From NCBI GenBank assembly GCA_046563655.1, contig CM102288.1:3658001-3722000 (forward strand): a stretch of DNA of 64,000 nucleotides, given 5' to 3'. Each line of letters starts with the position of its first letter. The first letter of the stretch is position 1. A model generated the notes under the pieces. It ran no database searches and was not told the DNA's origin. It saw only the letters and a program-made list of their open reading frames with translations. Of this stretch, positions 36,401-50,127 are shown piece after piece. The position numbers and the translations under genes were made by a program. Source of the DNA: Yuukianura sp. NJ FZ-2021 (taxonomy: Eukaryota).

Positions 36401-39400
36401 TTCTTTGACACGATTCGAACTTGTTGGAGACCATAGTCACCTAATCGATTCGTCAACGAAAGTTTCTCGTCTAGATTCACTTTTCATAAAAGAAGAAAAT
36501 CAAATTACAATTTTCGAAATTTTGATTTTCACTTTTCCTGTGATTTACCAGGATGACGAATTTCGTATTTTGAAATGTCCAGTTCCTTCTCCCGACAAAC
36601 TTCCTCCAGCACTTCTTGCAAAAGTACTCTCGGACTGACACGCATTACATGGAGCTGGTTCTTGGGCAAGTGAACCTACAGTTACATCAAACGTCAAAAT
36701 TAGGCCGAAAGTCAAAAGTCAAAATTAAGCCGAAAGTCAAAAGTCAAAATTAGGCCGAAAGTCAAAAATAAAAATTAGGCCGAAAGTCAAAGATAAAAAT
36801 TAGGCAGAAAGTCAAAGGACAAAATTAGGCCGAAAGTCAAAAGTTAAAAGTGAAAATTAGGCCGAAAGTCAAAAGTTAAAAGTGAAAATTAGGCCGAAAG
36901 TCAAAGATAAAGATTTGGTCAAAACTTACCTGAAGTCTAAAAGTGACCTCGAAAGGTTGCGGAGCCTTGACGGACTGTTTTGACTTGGCAATGATGTATT
37001 CATTCACTTGATGTTTTGGCACAATTTCGATCGTTCTCGTATCAAGCGCACCTAAGAATAGCAATAATGAATAGCAAAGGTTAAACTCATTTGACCTGCC
37101 TGGAAGAAATCGAATTTGAGGAGAATTGGAGGAGCAGTTAATTGAAATTCTGGATTTGAATTTTAAAAATTCCAAGTTTTGCGTGCGTCATATGTTTTTG
37201 TATAACTATTTCTATGCGAAACGGAGCGTTCGATTTAGTATTCGTGTCATGAATTATCACATCCATCATCTCCAGAAGCAGCTCCAGAATTCGTATGATC
37301 CAATCTCATTTTCCTGGAGTGGTGAAAATGCTGGAAAAGACGCTACTGCTTATTGCAAAAACCATGACAATCCATTTGCCAAAAACATGGAAGAATATAA
37401 CGCGTGTGCTCAAACTGACAATGGCCTTATTCTTTTGATCAATGTTGAATAGACTTCCAAAACTTTAGTTCACAAAACACAAGTGGGTGAGAATGGGGAG
37501 ATGCAATCTCATCTTACCAATGGGAGTACTTGGTTTGTATTGCAGTTCTCGCCCAATTTCGTTTCTGACTTGGACAATGTGGCCTCCCGGATTAATTTTG
37601 TTGGCCGTCGTAACCTGGATGAGCAAATCCATCACTGGAGTTCTGAAAACAAAACAAAGGTCAACATTTTGGCTCAAAATTTCAAAAAACGAGTTCGTTT
37701 TTAGAAGCCGTGTGCATATACCTCCTACTCACGGTCATGCGTACACTTTTCTTGGATGGAAGGATGACGACCAGCTCCATTGTTCCTTCAAGGAGGTCCG
37801 GCGGAGTGTCTTCCGTGACCTCGCGAAGTCCGGCTGGACCATGAATGTGTGACGATGACCCTGCCATTGAAGTACCCACTCCACTCTGTCCACGCCTAAC
37901 ACAAACAGGAAACAAAACACGATTAACGACAAACATACAAACTTTGGACACGCCACGTTCCGAACACAAATCACATGACATGCGAATCGATTGACAGGCA
38001 ATACATGATACAAATCTTAACGAATGTTGGATCGTGACCAGAGGCAGCATTCATCAATACCCTGCCCCCATCTCATGTCATCGGAAGCCACTTCAACCAT
38101 CGTGTACCCTTGTACCCACGGTCATTCAACCTTAAGATACATTCAACCTCGTGTACCCACTACGAAGGAAGTCGATTAATCAACTACTTTCAATCTCAAT
38201 TGTTCCCACCCACACAAGACAACGCTTAATTTGGACTCAATCTAGGACAAAAACAATTTCAACCCTCACGCACTTTTTACCCCGCCCCAAGTTTCAGTCT
38301 TCACTTTCACATTGCTCCAATTCCCACCACCTTAAGTTCAAAGTTACGAAACCACTTCAAGGTACTAGTTAGTTTGTTCAAGTTAACGTTATCTTAGTTA
38401 ACTAACATTAACTTAACAATTACATATAAGTTGAATACATTCAGTCATTCATAGTCACACTTCAACCAACCATCAACATGTGTAAGTTCTGCAAAACTGA
38501 AATCGCATGGATTTGAAATTGGCGCGCGAATACTTGACTCCCATTGGCCAAGGTGAGAGAAACTGCTTTATCCTGATTGGTCAAGGTGCAAATCGTTGCT
38601 ATTCCTTTCACAAATTAACACTTTGTGAATGTATTGAAGCAGAAATTCAAGGACGATTTTAATTAGTTCAAGTTATTGGTAATTACTTCTAGGAAATGAA
38701 CCATGTTTGGGAAGTTTTCATGCACGTTTAACTAGAAGTACCTAAATTGGCGAACTTTTTAAAATGTGAATTTTTTAATAAAGTTGAAATTAAGTTTTTT
38801 TTAATGAAAAGTAATTGGATTTTGATGTTATGTTGAAGACAGCCACACCTTAGGAAGTGCAACGGACGAAGGAATGAAGACGACGAGGAAGATAAGACAT
38901 GCTTCATGTTTACAAATAACAATGCAACTGGGCCACGCCCACTTTTCTACAGTACGTTCCAAATAATACGGATGTGACAAGGATCTTAAGAAGACACGAG
39001 GAGATGAAGATAAAGAAAGTTCATCTACCTTGAGTCCAAATTTTATGAAATCTTATTTCAAGAAATTCTGTTGTATGAAATTTTATTTCAACAGAAGCTA
39101 TGTAGTAAAACAACTGTTGATTTTTTACTTGCAAGAGAAAAAAAAACAAGAAGGAGAAACGGAAATGGGAAATTGCATCCGTGAAATGCTTGGCCGCACA
39201 CTCAAAAAACTTGCATTTTCAGTTTCAACTGGAAAACTCAAACATGGTTTCAAAATAAAAAGCGAAAAAAAAAATGCTATTTCAGAAAAAAAGTTCAAGT
39301 GAAAGTGAAAATTTTCACTTTTACTTCAATTAATTAATCAATCTTAAGTAATTAACCTAGTCATCAAGGCACACTTTCCTAGTTAACCTCCAAACCTGCT

Positions 39401-42400
39401 CCTGCGTATATGACTTTCAAAATTATTCTGAATTTCCATTAATTTTTGGCGCCAAAATTTTGGATTTTGATTTATTCCTCCTTCGTTCAAAACTTTCCGC
39501 TATGTACGTTTTGCTTTTGCTCATGTTTGACATTCCCTCTGTACTTTTCTTGTTAGAAATTTTGGTTATACGAGTACTTGGAAATTGTTAATTGCCACCA
39601 AATTTTGAATTGATTCAAACTGGTTTTTGACATGAGTTTACAGGAGCACCCAACAACTTTAATTTTCAAGGTGTGGCGAATCGTGATTGGTTTATTTTAT
39701 TTAAAATTTTAATTTCCCAAACCCAACTTCCTTCCTGCTTTCACGCCAATTTCATACTCATAATTTACGAGTTCCAATTTGCCAATTTGCAAATAAAATT
39801 TCAAAATACTCCCAGCAATTTCAAATTCAACACAGGATTTTCATTTTCACCTTGTTAAACTTTGAACCCACAGCCCAGTCAATTTTCTTTACTCCACAAA
39901 AATTTGTGCAACAATTTTCAAAATTTCGAAATTTGCTACTCCTCCGAAACCGATCAAACTTTTTAGCATTTTCGGTTTCAAATTTAACTATTTTTTCATT
40001 AGGTGTTCTACCTACTTTCGTAAGTTGTAAAAACAGAATTTTTATGTACAAAAAATTCCAAAAACTATGAATTGAAATTTAGAAACAGTAAAAATTTGGA
40101 AGAATGAATTTAATTTGAGGACTAACTGTTGACATTGTTGCGGATTTGCCACTCTATAGTCCTCAAAATTTCAAAATTTCACCAGACTGTGTCCCTATTT
40201 ACTCCTTTTTGGAAAGATGCTGACTCATAAGCCCAATTTCAATAAAAAGTTTGATTCAAAAGAACCGCTGCCACCCCCACCGGAGTCGATGGTGGGACTT
40301 GGAATGAATGAAGTGAAAATGACTTAAGATCACGAACGCTTCTGCGCCATGCTTTTTACAAAGTCCCGTTAAGCACTTCAAAAAAAAATTCAATTTGGCG
40401 AAGTAAATAGAATGACCAAGACCACAGGGAAAATTCTTCCAAAGTCAATTAAGATTAAGTCGATTAAAAATGTGTGTGGTGGCTCTCGTCTGCCCCACCT
40501 CGGTGGGACTATTTCCTTGCAAGACGTGTCTTGACAACATAGACGTAGATTATGCATGGCCCTCGGAAAGAGGTGAACTGGATCCTAATTTGGTCTAAAT
40601 TTAGTCCAAATTTAGGCACAAACTGCACAGACGCTCTACAACTGATTCGACGTAAAATGAGAATAATCTCCATTCGGAACAAGGTGACACGACTCACATG
40701 AGTTTACTATGGTTAAGCACTCACTTTGAGGACGTCCTCATTTATGGAGGGCTTTCAAAATAATGCGAGACAGAGAAAATTGTGCTAAGTTTTTCCGCCG
40801 TTTAGTTTTTTCAACATACAAGTCCACTGTTTTTCTGTTCGGTATTAAAAGGTTCATCAAGTCTTCAATTGCCCAACCGTAGCGTATTTTGAGGATATCC
40901 TCTTTTCAAATTTTTCTAACCCTGACAATTGGTAAACTGAGGATCCTAAAATCCAGAATCTGTGACAATTGGACGTTAATTTTATATGGCTTGAACGCAT
41001 ATTGTACTTCAGGATTCATCACATCTCTCTTTTCAATGACAAATAAATCACTCACTCTTCCAGTAGTATTTTCAAAAAAGAATTAATTCGAAATTTTACA
41101 ATAGGAAATTTACGCAGGTCCTCAAAATTTCAATATTTAACACTTGTGCCTTTGAAAAAATAAACTTTTCCACTTTTCTTTGTCCATGAAGCAGGGATTG
41201 ATGGTCTTCCAGAGAAAAAATACATAAAAGGGAACTAGAAAGAGTTAAACGTTCAAAATTTCAGAAAATTAAGTTTGGAAAATTAGAATTTGAAAATATT
41301 TCGGCCTAGTCCAACGAATGGTGATCGAAATTTAAGGTTTCTTCGCACACCAAGATTGCAGAAAAAAGCGAAATCTAGAAATAAAATTTGAGAATGTAAA
41401 AATTTTACAAATTGGAGCGAAACCGTGATTTTTCTCCATTTCTCTCTTTTTTAAAAATTTGTCACAAAATTTCTCCTCTTTCATCTTCACTGCCAAATTT
41501 CCAAAAGTAAATCATTTTCATTCATAATTCATAGGAACTGAAATTTAAAAAAATGCAATCAAAGAGCATGAGAGTTTGTGAATTGGTGAAAATATGTCCA
41601 TGTACACACTTAATGTGTGTCAAATCCTGTGAATGTGCAGTTTGTAGGCCTTGAACAAACTGTGAACTCACATGCGCGTGAAAGTGAAAAAAGAAGATGC
41701 ATTATCCACTGACTCAAAATAAATTCTTTTCACTATTTGTCACTTTTTTCAGATGAAGCGAGTTTTTGCAGTATTGCAAATCTAATGTACATTTAGTAAC
41801 TAATTAAAAATGCATTTATTACAGCAATTAAAACTTTTTAGTAAATTGAAAGCATAGAGAGAAACAAAGTGTCCAAAATTAGAAAGTAAAAACAAGCGAA
41901 ATCGAACATTACGAAAAGAAGTAGAAAAAGAATTCATTTGTCAAATCCCCTAGTCAAAATTTTTGCAAGGTTTTCCAAAAATGATTCTTTTTCGTTTTGG
42001 CGTCACAAATCTGCATCGGTTTTGCTCCTGGACATTGAAGATACACGAGAATTGCAAAAACTTGGTTTGAGGCGTTCAAAGGTCATTGTTCCATGGACGA
42101 GAAAATTTGCAAAAATTTTTGCAAAGGAAAGGAAAATGAAAATTAGGGTTGGAAGTTCTCTACGGGTGGGAATGATTGTTAATTAACGTTATGAGATTTT
42201 TACTTTTGCACATAAACTTTTGCCCATAAACTAAATATTCTTAATCCAAGCCTTTACGTCTTGAGCAGAAAAATCTCACCTTCGGAAATGCTTTTTGCAA
42301 AAAACAGGTTTTTGCAACAACAACAGAATGCGAATGGGATGCCAGAATAAGCAAAAGTTTTCATACAAGTTCAAAACCTTCCGCCACCAAAGGTCAAGAA

Positions 42401-45400
42401 GGTGCCTTTCGATACATTGTTTCAAAAAGCTCAAAAATTCAATTTTAAATGAATTCAGTCTAGTTTGCAAAAAACTTTGCCAAAAATGGCAACCCTACTT
42501 TGTTCGTTTGTATCTCATAATTTCTTCACGTCCGTCACGTTCAGAGCAAGTCGAATTTTGCAAAAATTTTGAAAAACAAAAATTGCACACGGCTCGACTG
42601 TTTTTGACATGAATATTATAGGTTTCTAAAGAAGTGAAAGTTTTCAAACACTTTGAGTCCAAAATTTTGCAAATTTGCGTAATCTTAAAGCTAATAATTT
42701 ACCTTGTCAAATCCAAATTTTCCGAAAGTTCAGGATCCAAAAATATCTTTTCCAAACTGTCACTTTTATTTTGAACTTTCTCCACTTTAACTCTGCCGAA
42801 GGAAACTCTAAATTAGGAAACCCATTTCCAAAAGTAGTAAAACTTCAGTGGTTGGTTTTTTGAAATTTTGCACTAGTTGGAAATTGGTCCACTCCGCCTT
42901 CCCAAACCATAAAACGTCCACGACCACTCACTCTTCTTAATGGACACTTAACCAAGATCTGCTCTCTTCCCTCATCATCATCATCGTCTGGACTTGCTAA
43001 AGTAAACACAATTTTTGCACAAAAGGCACATTAAAGGATTCTTCTACTTCCAAAATAGCTGCAAATTAGACATTCACTCGAGAAACTCGTGACCTCTTGA
43101 CCCCTTCCCGAAATTCGCAAAATCACCAAAATCTTTCTTCTTTCCGTCAACACCTCTAGACAATGAAACCGCAAAAACCAAAAATTGTGCTAAATTCCAG
43201 TTTTCAAAGATTTCAAAATTCTTGCACAGCTATCGTGGTGACCTGACACTCTAATGTAACTTGACCTTGAGAGACGACTAAACTGTTTTCCAACTATGTT
43301 TTCAGACTCTTTCTCAGAGAAAGTTTTTCTGGCACAGAAGTTAGTGTTAACAGAAATTTCAGATGTTAGAACGGTTCGTTGATGTCACACTGCGGGAGGT
43401 CAAGTGAGGTCACAGTCCCTTAAGGTCACGGGGTCACTCACAAATGAACTTTTGTAGTAAATAGTGTTTTCGGAGACTGTTGGTTGAGTACTAAAGTGAA
43501 GTAAATCCTTATGGTTGTGTTGAATAAGTTATGTGGAGGGTGATGCAGAAGTGACTGGTGGTGTAGAAGGCTACATTCACCTGTTTCCCCCCTCGTTTCA
43601 TGTCTACAGGATCTTCATTTTGAAAGATGAGATGCTGATGATGCTGAGGCTTGTACAGATCAACATGAAAAATGAGCTCAGGTGATAACTAACATAAGGT
43701 TTTAGTCGAACTACAAATGAAACCGAATACTACATTTAGAATGTAAGAGACAAGTTCAACTTTAACTATCAGTTGCAATTTCTTCGTTCAAAATCTGAAC
43801 TTTTATCACCCAGAGGCAAAACGAATCAACAAAATGCTAGATTTTTGCAAAAACGAAAAAACTTGCAGATTTGCAAAAAGTGCATAAACTTGTTTGGGGA
43901 GTGGCACCACTACACTTACTGGAAAACGGAACTGGGAGGAAAATCCAAGAAAAAGGAGTGGAGATTTTTTTTAGAGAAGCTCTAGAAGTTTAGAGGTTAG
44001 TTGAGATGCAAAGTGTAAAAAGTTGTAGATTTTTAGTGAATTCTGGTTTGAACCAAGGTGAGTGTAAGTATTTGCAAGTGTAATTAGTCATTTTGAGTAA
44101 TTATGGAACATTTAATTTCAAAGTATGGATTCCAACAGGAATAATTGTTGGGAGGAAGATGAATGACCAGAAACAATGGAAGATTCACAAGATGGTGATT
44201 GATTGTTGTTTTGGCAAAAGTCTAAAATTATTCAACATTTAATTAAACTTTAATGCTGTTTCCATTTTAGGATGAGCTTAATTGATGGTGTGATTAATTA
44301 CACGTTTTTATATAAGTCTAAGAGAATTTGTGTTTCAACAAAGGCAAAACTTTAACTCCAATTTACATTATTTAAAAATTTTTTAAATACAAATCTATTA
44401 GTTTCAGATCGAATCTCGGAAAGAATTTCAAAATTCGTACTTTCGTGTTTTGAAAATTTGAAACGAAAAGGGAAAACATTGAATTGAAATTGAATGTCAC
44501 TTTTGTGTAAAAACTAACCTAATCTCCATGTTAAAGGTTTCGAAAACTTGAAATTGTAAACCTTGTAGGATTTTCCTTGTAGTACTTCACCCTGAGAGTG
44601 AAGGCATAATTAAATTTTGCAAAAATTTTGGCATCAACTTAAGTCTTCTTCGTTTTTCCCATGAATTGAATTGTTGTTACATTCGTTTTTTCCGTCTTGA
44701 CGCAACTCGTATCATGCCGCATGACGTGAGACTCTCAACTTCAAAATTTCTCAAAACCGAAGGCCAAAAGGAATGCCCAATTAAATATTTCCAAATCATT
44801 ACAATTTAGTCATAAGTTCGCCAGAAACACAACAACTAAAAACTAAAGTAACACTCATGTGGCCAACATTCATTTCAAAAAGTTATAAATTTGTCTAACT
44901 TTTGCTTAAATTACGAGCTGTTGCTAATTGTGTTTTTGAATTACAACAAAACTACAGTTTTAATTGTTCTTTTGTAATTAAGTAATCAAGGCGTGGATGA
45001 GATGGTTTTGAAGGAGAATTAATTTTTTTTCCAACTTCCAAATTGAAATTCCATTTCTCTTATAATGTTTCCCATGAACCTGGTTTTCAAAATGTACAAA
45101 ATCTGTATTCTGTCGACCAAATTCAATTTTGAAATTGAGAGCAAGAAGGCGGAGGAGAGAAGATTTTTGAAAAGGAATATTTGCCTTTACAGTTGGATCT
45201 GCACTTAAGGGAGGAAAAGTACCTGATTGAGATCAGTAGGACAAGAGCTACTAAAGTCCAAGTGCCTTTCCAAATTCCTTCGTAAGCTCCATTTTCTAAA
45301 AATGTTTTTCAAAAAAAGTTTTTCAAAAAAGTGGCTCCAAGGGGTCAGGAAGCCCTTCACAAAAACCCTGAAGGAAACCCCAAAATTTCCAGAATCCAAG

Positions 45401-48176
45401 CAGGTATAAGGATCAGAAGCCCCTGAAGGTGTTCAATGCATGATGAGATGACCCAGATTCAAAGGTTTCAAAATCTTTGTCTGATTTTCAAAAATTTAAA
45501 GGTCGAAAGTTCACGGATTTCAAAAAGAAAAAAGAAAAAGTATTCTGAACCTGTCCAGCATCCGCTTTGTTCACTCTTGCAACAAAATATGAAAAATTGG
45601 TCATACCTGTGTAGCTTTTTAATTTTAATTCTCTCCACACCTCTTTTATTTTGTCATTTGTGAAAATTTACGATTTTCTTTTTGTTAAATGTCAAATTAT
45701 TGACTATTCCTCCTCCTCCTCTCTCATCCCTCAAGAAATGCAACTTTCAATTGAAACTTGTTTTTTAGTTGGAAAAATTACAGATGTTGAGATTCAAAGA
45801 AACCAAATCCACAACAAATTCTGATTGGTTGTTTCAATGCCAAGGTCAATCGTCTCAAGGAATACAACTCTCTGTATTTGGTCAAATGCTTTCCAAATTC
45901 AGTCAAAATAAAGACAACCCAAGGTCAAATTTGGTAATATTTTCATCTATGCTCAAAGTTTTATAACAAGAAAATTTTCAAGTGAAAAATCTGTAGACCA
46001 AATTTATGAAAAAATGTATAAAGTTAGTTTTTTAGAGTAATGAAAAGAGGATTTAATAATGTAACGGGACTTTTGAAAAGATGAAGAATGGAGGAGATAA
46101 TGAAGAAGCACTTCAGCACCCTCTTGTTCCTAATTGCATCTCTGAAGGACACACCCTCATATTCCAAATTACACAAAATATACATGTAAAAAACACAGCT
46201 GAAGTGTATTTTTATACACTCATGTAATATTGTATTCCATTTTAATACATTTTATAACTACAATAATTAATAGACTAATATTTAAGAGCAGAGATAAGAG
46301 GAAACTGATTCTGCGCTCCAATTAGACGCCCAATTCATCTCTCTTTCCAATTCTTATAAAACTCACAAAATTTGAAAGAATTGGAGCATACAACTTTATG
46401 TTTTTATTTTTGAACTTTTTGAAGAAAAGGAAGCAAAGTCCTCAAAAATTAGTCATCTATTAAAGTCAAATTACGCAACAGTTAAAGTCAAAATACGAAC
46501 TTGACGCTTTCTTTTGAACTTTTTCGGAAGACAAAATGCAAATTTTTGCAAAGAATGATAAAGAATAGAAGAAAGAAGCTGTGAAGCGTGTCCAAATAAC
46601 TAAGCATATTAAATTGGATTTGCTTCACGTTTTATTTGACAGAGTGAGGATGAGACTTTAAGTAGGCACTTGACCTCTACTGCTTAGCAATTCATTCATG
46701 TTATGTGTCACTCTAACTTGAATGAAGTTAAAATTTTAACTAATCGTAAGTTTTAACTTCCATTTTAACTCAAGTGCAAGGATTTAACAGTTCATGAGTT
46801 TAGAGTACAGTGAGAGATTTAACATGGCCAAACCGATCTGTTAGCATTTAACTTGCATTTTGGATAAGCTTCTACACAAAAATGCTTTGTGTGGCGCCAA
46901 AACTTAAACCAAGTAAACTAAAGTGGCCATTTTTGGAAGTGTTTTGAAATTTGCAAATATGATATGATGTAAGAGTCTGTGAAAGACTTCGGTTCTTAAG
47001 GATTAACGGTTGTTTTTTGCAAAGATGGCATGGGTTTGTGGTTCCTTCACTTCCGTACTTCCATGTCTACCAACGCTTAACTTCACCCATGCAAGTTTGA
47101 GAACCCAAGACAGTTGCAAATTTTTCAAACTGCAAGATCGACCACAACTCCCTTTCTTATTTAGAAGAAACCAATTTGCAAAAAATTTGCACAGAAGGAT
47201 TTAGACAGGTGAGACAAAACAGGATTTGACTTTAGCGGAGATGAGAAACTGTTTTTTTAAACCTTGATTAATTGTTTTTGATTGTAAATGGAAAAACAGT
47301 GTACTGGTTTTCTGAATATACAAAATTAAAATTGCAAATTCGGTTCAGCTAGGACAAATTAAATTTTAAAACGGTTTTTGGAAAAAGAAGAAATTTGGAA
47401 TTTGCGAGCCGGAAATAATGTGAGTGGAAAACTGTTGTGCACAAAATAATTGTAATGTTTTTGCATCTCTGCAATAATCCTGTGTGTCCAATTACATAAA
47501 GGCAATTCCAAGGAAGTTAGTCATGAAATTTCAAAGCTCAAGACTTTTTTGCACAAAATTTTTGCAATTTTGCTACAAAAGTCACGAACGATCCTCTTGC
47601 CCTCTTCCTGCCTTGACTCAACGGTGCACTTTTACTTTAAGAATGTTTTTTGCAACTTGCGAAAAGTTTTAATCAACCAAAGTTTTTGTGAAACGTAAAA
47701 AGATTTAATGTCAAATCAAATTATTTGCGACATATCTAGGATTTTTCGAGAATGTTTACAGTTTACGTTTTGTTCTGGAAAGAAATTTGCAGAAAGTGAT
47801 GAGTTCAAGAAACTTCAGAGCCAAATATTACTTTTTGCCACAAGTACGTGCAAAAATGATGAAATGGTTTTGATGTGATCGTGGATTTGAATCGTTTCCA
47901 ACGGGAATGTCAAGTACAATACACAATTTCCGGAAGATGAGTATCGGTGGGAAAAGAAAAAGACTTGCAATTTTTTTTTGCAAGTTTTTTTTTCAAAATT
48001 TGTACTTACCCGGATGCTCCGCTGTGCGTAGTACTTCCTCGTCCTGATCCAGCTCCACCTCCAGTTGACTCCGCAATAATATTGGAAATCGCTGAACTTG
48101 TTCCAGTGTTGCCCGTTCCAGCGCCAGTGCTTCCCTGTGACGGTCCCCAAAATTTCTTCTTTCTCAAGCAAAACAT
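27406..48176 (-). CDS. Cordon-bleu (COBL)-like protein: N-terminal ubiquitin-like Cobl domain, long Pro/Ser-rich disordered region, C-terminal WH2
   Basis: Exon 48176-48010 (phase 2) joins exon 37895-37722 in frame, then 37642-37518, 37051-36930, 36675-36549 and further exons. Cobl-domain sequence: MELVVILP..TPVMDLLIQV..PSTPIGALDT..FRLQVHLPKNQLHVMRVSP. KRAPPPP and KRKAPKPP motifs are present. Terminal WH2 EARAGILSAIKNSGGNFALKK|TRSS, with TAA at 27406-27408. Confidence 0.78.
28866..28996 (-). repeat. Coding 27-bp tandem repeat (PIAA[K/N]PIAA) in the Cobl-like gene
   Basis: About 5 copies of TTTGCAGCGATTGGTGCAGCAATAGG-like units. Confidence 0.85.
36696..36910. repeat. Intronic minisatellite, ~8 copies of a 25-32 bp unit AAAATTAGGCCGAAAGTCAAAAGTC
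   Basis: Units start at about 36696, 36721, 36746, 36771, 36796, 36821, 36853 and 36885, and fill most of intron 36676-36929. Confidence 0.9.
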
Positions 48177-49518
48177 GGTTTGAAATCGTTTCAAAAAATT
48201 TGAGATTCCAATTCCGGAGTTTTTCTAATTCCAGGTTCCTCGGTTTCTGTGATGCTTGAACTGTTGATTTTTGTACTTTTGAAATTAATTTAGCCAATTT
48301 TGAAATTTTGAAGACACAGGATGAACGGAGAAGACTGTTTCTGTTTGTTGTCTCAATGGTTACTAATCAAGTGTCATTTTTTGCATGTGCAAAAATTGTC
48401 ACTTTCTCTCCTCTTCGTCATCTGCGTGTGTAGAAGATCATTCATAACTTGTTGATGAAAATTTTCACTTTTCAAGTTGCCAATCCAGTTCGTTAGACTA
48501 ATGTCCTCACTGCTTTACACTTGTTGGATTCACTCATCGTAAATTCAGGACAAACAGTTTCCAAATCTGTGCAAATTTTCTTTCAAAGTGACAATTGATC
48601 ATCCTCAACACAAAAGTCATTAAGCACAACAATAATCGCACATTTGCGAATCCGCAATTTTTGGCAATTTTGCAATATGAGGAAATGTGATCTCAAACCT
48701 CGTTCCTTTTCTTCCTGCAATGAAAAGCACACAAGAGAAAAATCAGTGACAAAGAAATCATTACGTCTTGCAGAAATTAACACCTCTGGGAGTCTGTTGC
48801 AAATCTTTAGTTTACTAGAGCAGAATTGGTAGGGAGCTTCAGCCCAATGACCACTCTAAACACTCCTGGCTCATACTTTTTGCACGTTTGCAAAAATGAA
48901 CAAGTTTGCAAAAATTCACACTTGCAAAATACTTTACTCATAAACAATGCTGGACTGTACTGTTAGAAAGAAAAACAAAGCAAGCGCCAATTTATAGTCT
49001 CCAGCAACCTAGATGTTGAAATTGCAAAAATTTGCAGAATTGAAGCCATCCTGTTTGCAATGTGCAAAAACGAGAGTGGCTGGATTTGCCAATTTTTAGT
49101 TGAATGAGTCCAGGAATGTGTCTGGTGACCTCCAGAAGTCATTTTCTGGAAGATGCACCAAAGGCATTTAAAACGGATGTTCCTGATTGGTCAATTGTTT
49201 TAAATTGTTGCAAAGTTCATAGCTTCATAAGTGAGCAGTAAAAGTTGCAATTTGGAAAACGGGACGATGATGCAACCACAACAAAAAATGGACAATAATT
49301 GAAATTGGCACATTTGCAGAAGACAAGAAGGGCTCAATTGAGCCCTTCCTTGTCAGCAGCTCACAGTTTGCAAGCAGTCAAGGAAAGTGTGCAAAAAATT
49401 TGCAAAAAGTAAACTGCATAAGCAATCACTCATAATTTATGACGGACAGTTTTTTAGTAACCGGAGCAGCTCATGGTCGAATTCGTTAGCGGCTGAGATT
49501 TTGCACATGTAATAAATT

Positions 49519-50127
49519 CAGTGTTGGCAGCACCCCCACCCCACTGGGGACGGGGATGGGGATTATTGGGGTTATCCCCAGGCTCGGAGGTGGGGATTTG
49601 GGGCTGTGTGGGGATTTTGTTTTTTTTATCAAAAATGAATGAGTTTTTTGTGCATGGATCCGGTGTTGAGTATTACATATTATGTATTAATGTATAAAAT
49701 ATATTATATTTATTATAATAGATTTATATAATTAATGTACTACATATTATATTACATATTACAATATCATTTTAATTATATTCTGACATTCTGTGTCCCT
49801 CATAACATAATAATATATTATATTATAACATTTATAACATAGTATATTATTATATTATAACATATTATAAATAATACATAATATAAAATATTCAACACTG
49901 GAATTAAGTTAAAGTTAAATGACGAAGGATAAGAACAAAGAACAAAACAGGGAATGTGTGGGAATGTTCTGGGTGGAGTTACAAGGAATTCTGGCTTTGC
50001 GCAGACGCTGCGCATGCGCTGTACAAAACATCGTCAGGGCCCCGATAATCCCCAAATCCCCGGGAATTTGGGGTTAACCCCATTTTCCCGGGGGAATCAT
50101 CAAATCCCCGGGGAAAAGCCAACACTG
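49519..50127. mobile_element. Non-autonomous hAT-type DNA transposon (MITE), 609 bp
   Basis: TIRs CAGTGTTGGC (49519-49528) and GCCAACACTG (50118-50127). Perfect 8-bp TSD AATAAATT at 49511-49518 and 50128-50135. Subterminal GGGGAT/ATCCCC repeats and a very AT-rich core; no transposase ORF. Confidence 0.9.

Noticed and set aside
36696..36910. CRISPR-like repeat array
   Set aside because: The units are directly adjacent with no unique spacers, lie inside a spliceosomal intron, and there are no cas genes.
38150..47800. Many 60-100 aa ORFs in the large intron
   Set aside because: They are K/F/N-rich translations of A/T tracts with no motifs or exon-like composition.
49670..49900. Extremely AT-rich stretch and ORF 49818-50015 resembling organellar DNA
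   Set aside because: It lies inside the MITE, is low complexity, and shows no mitochondrial gene similarity I can recognise.
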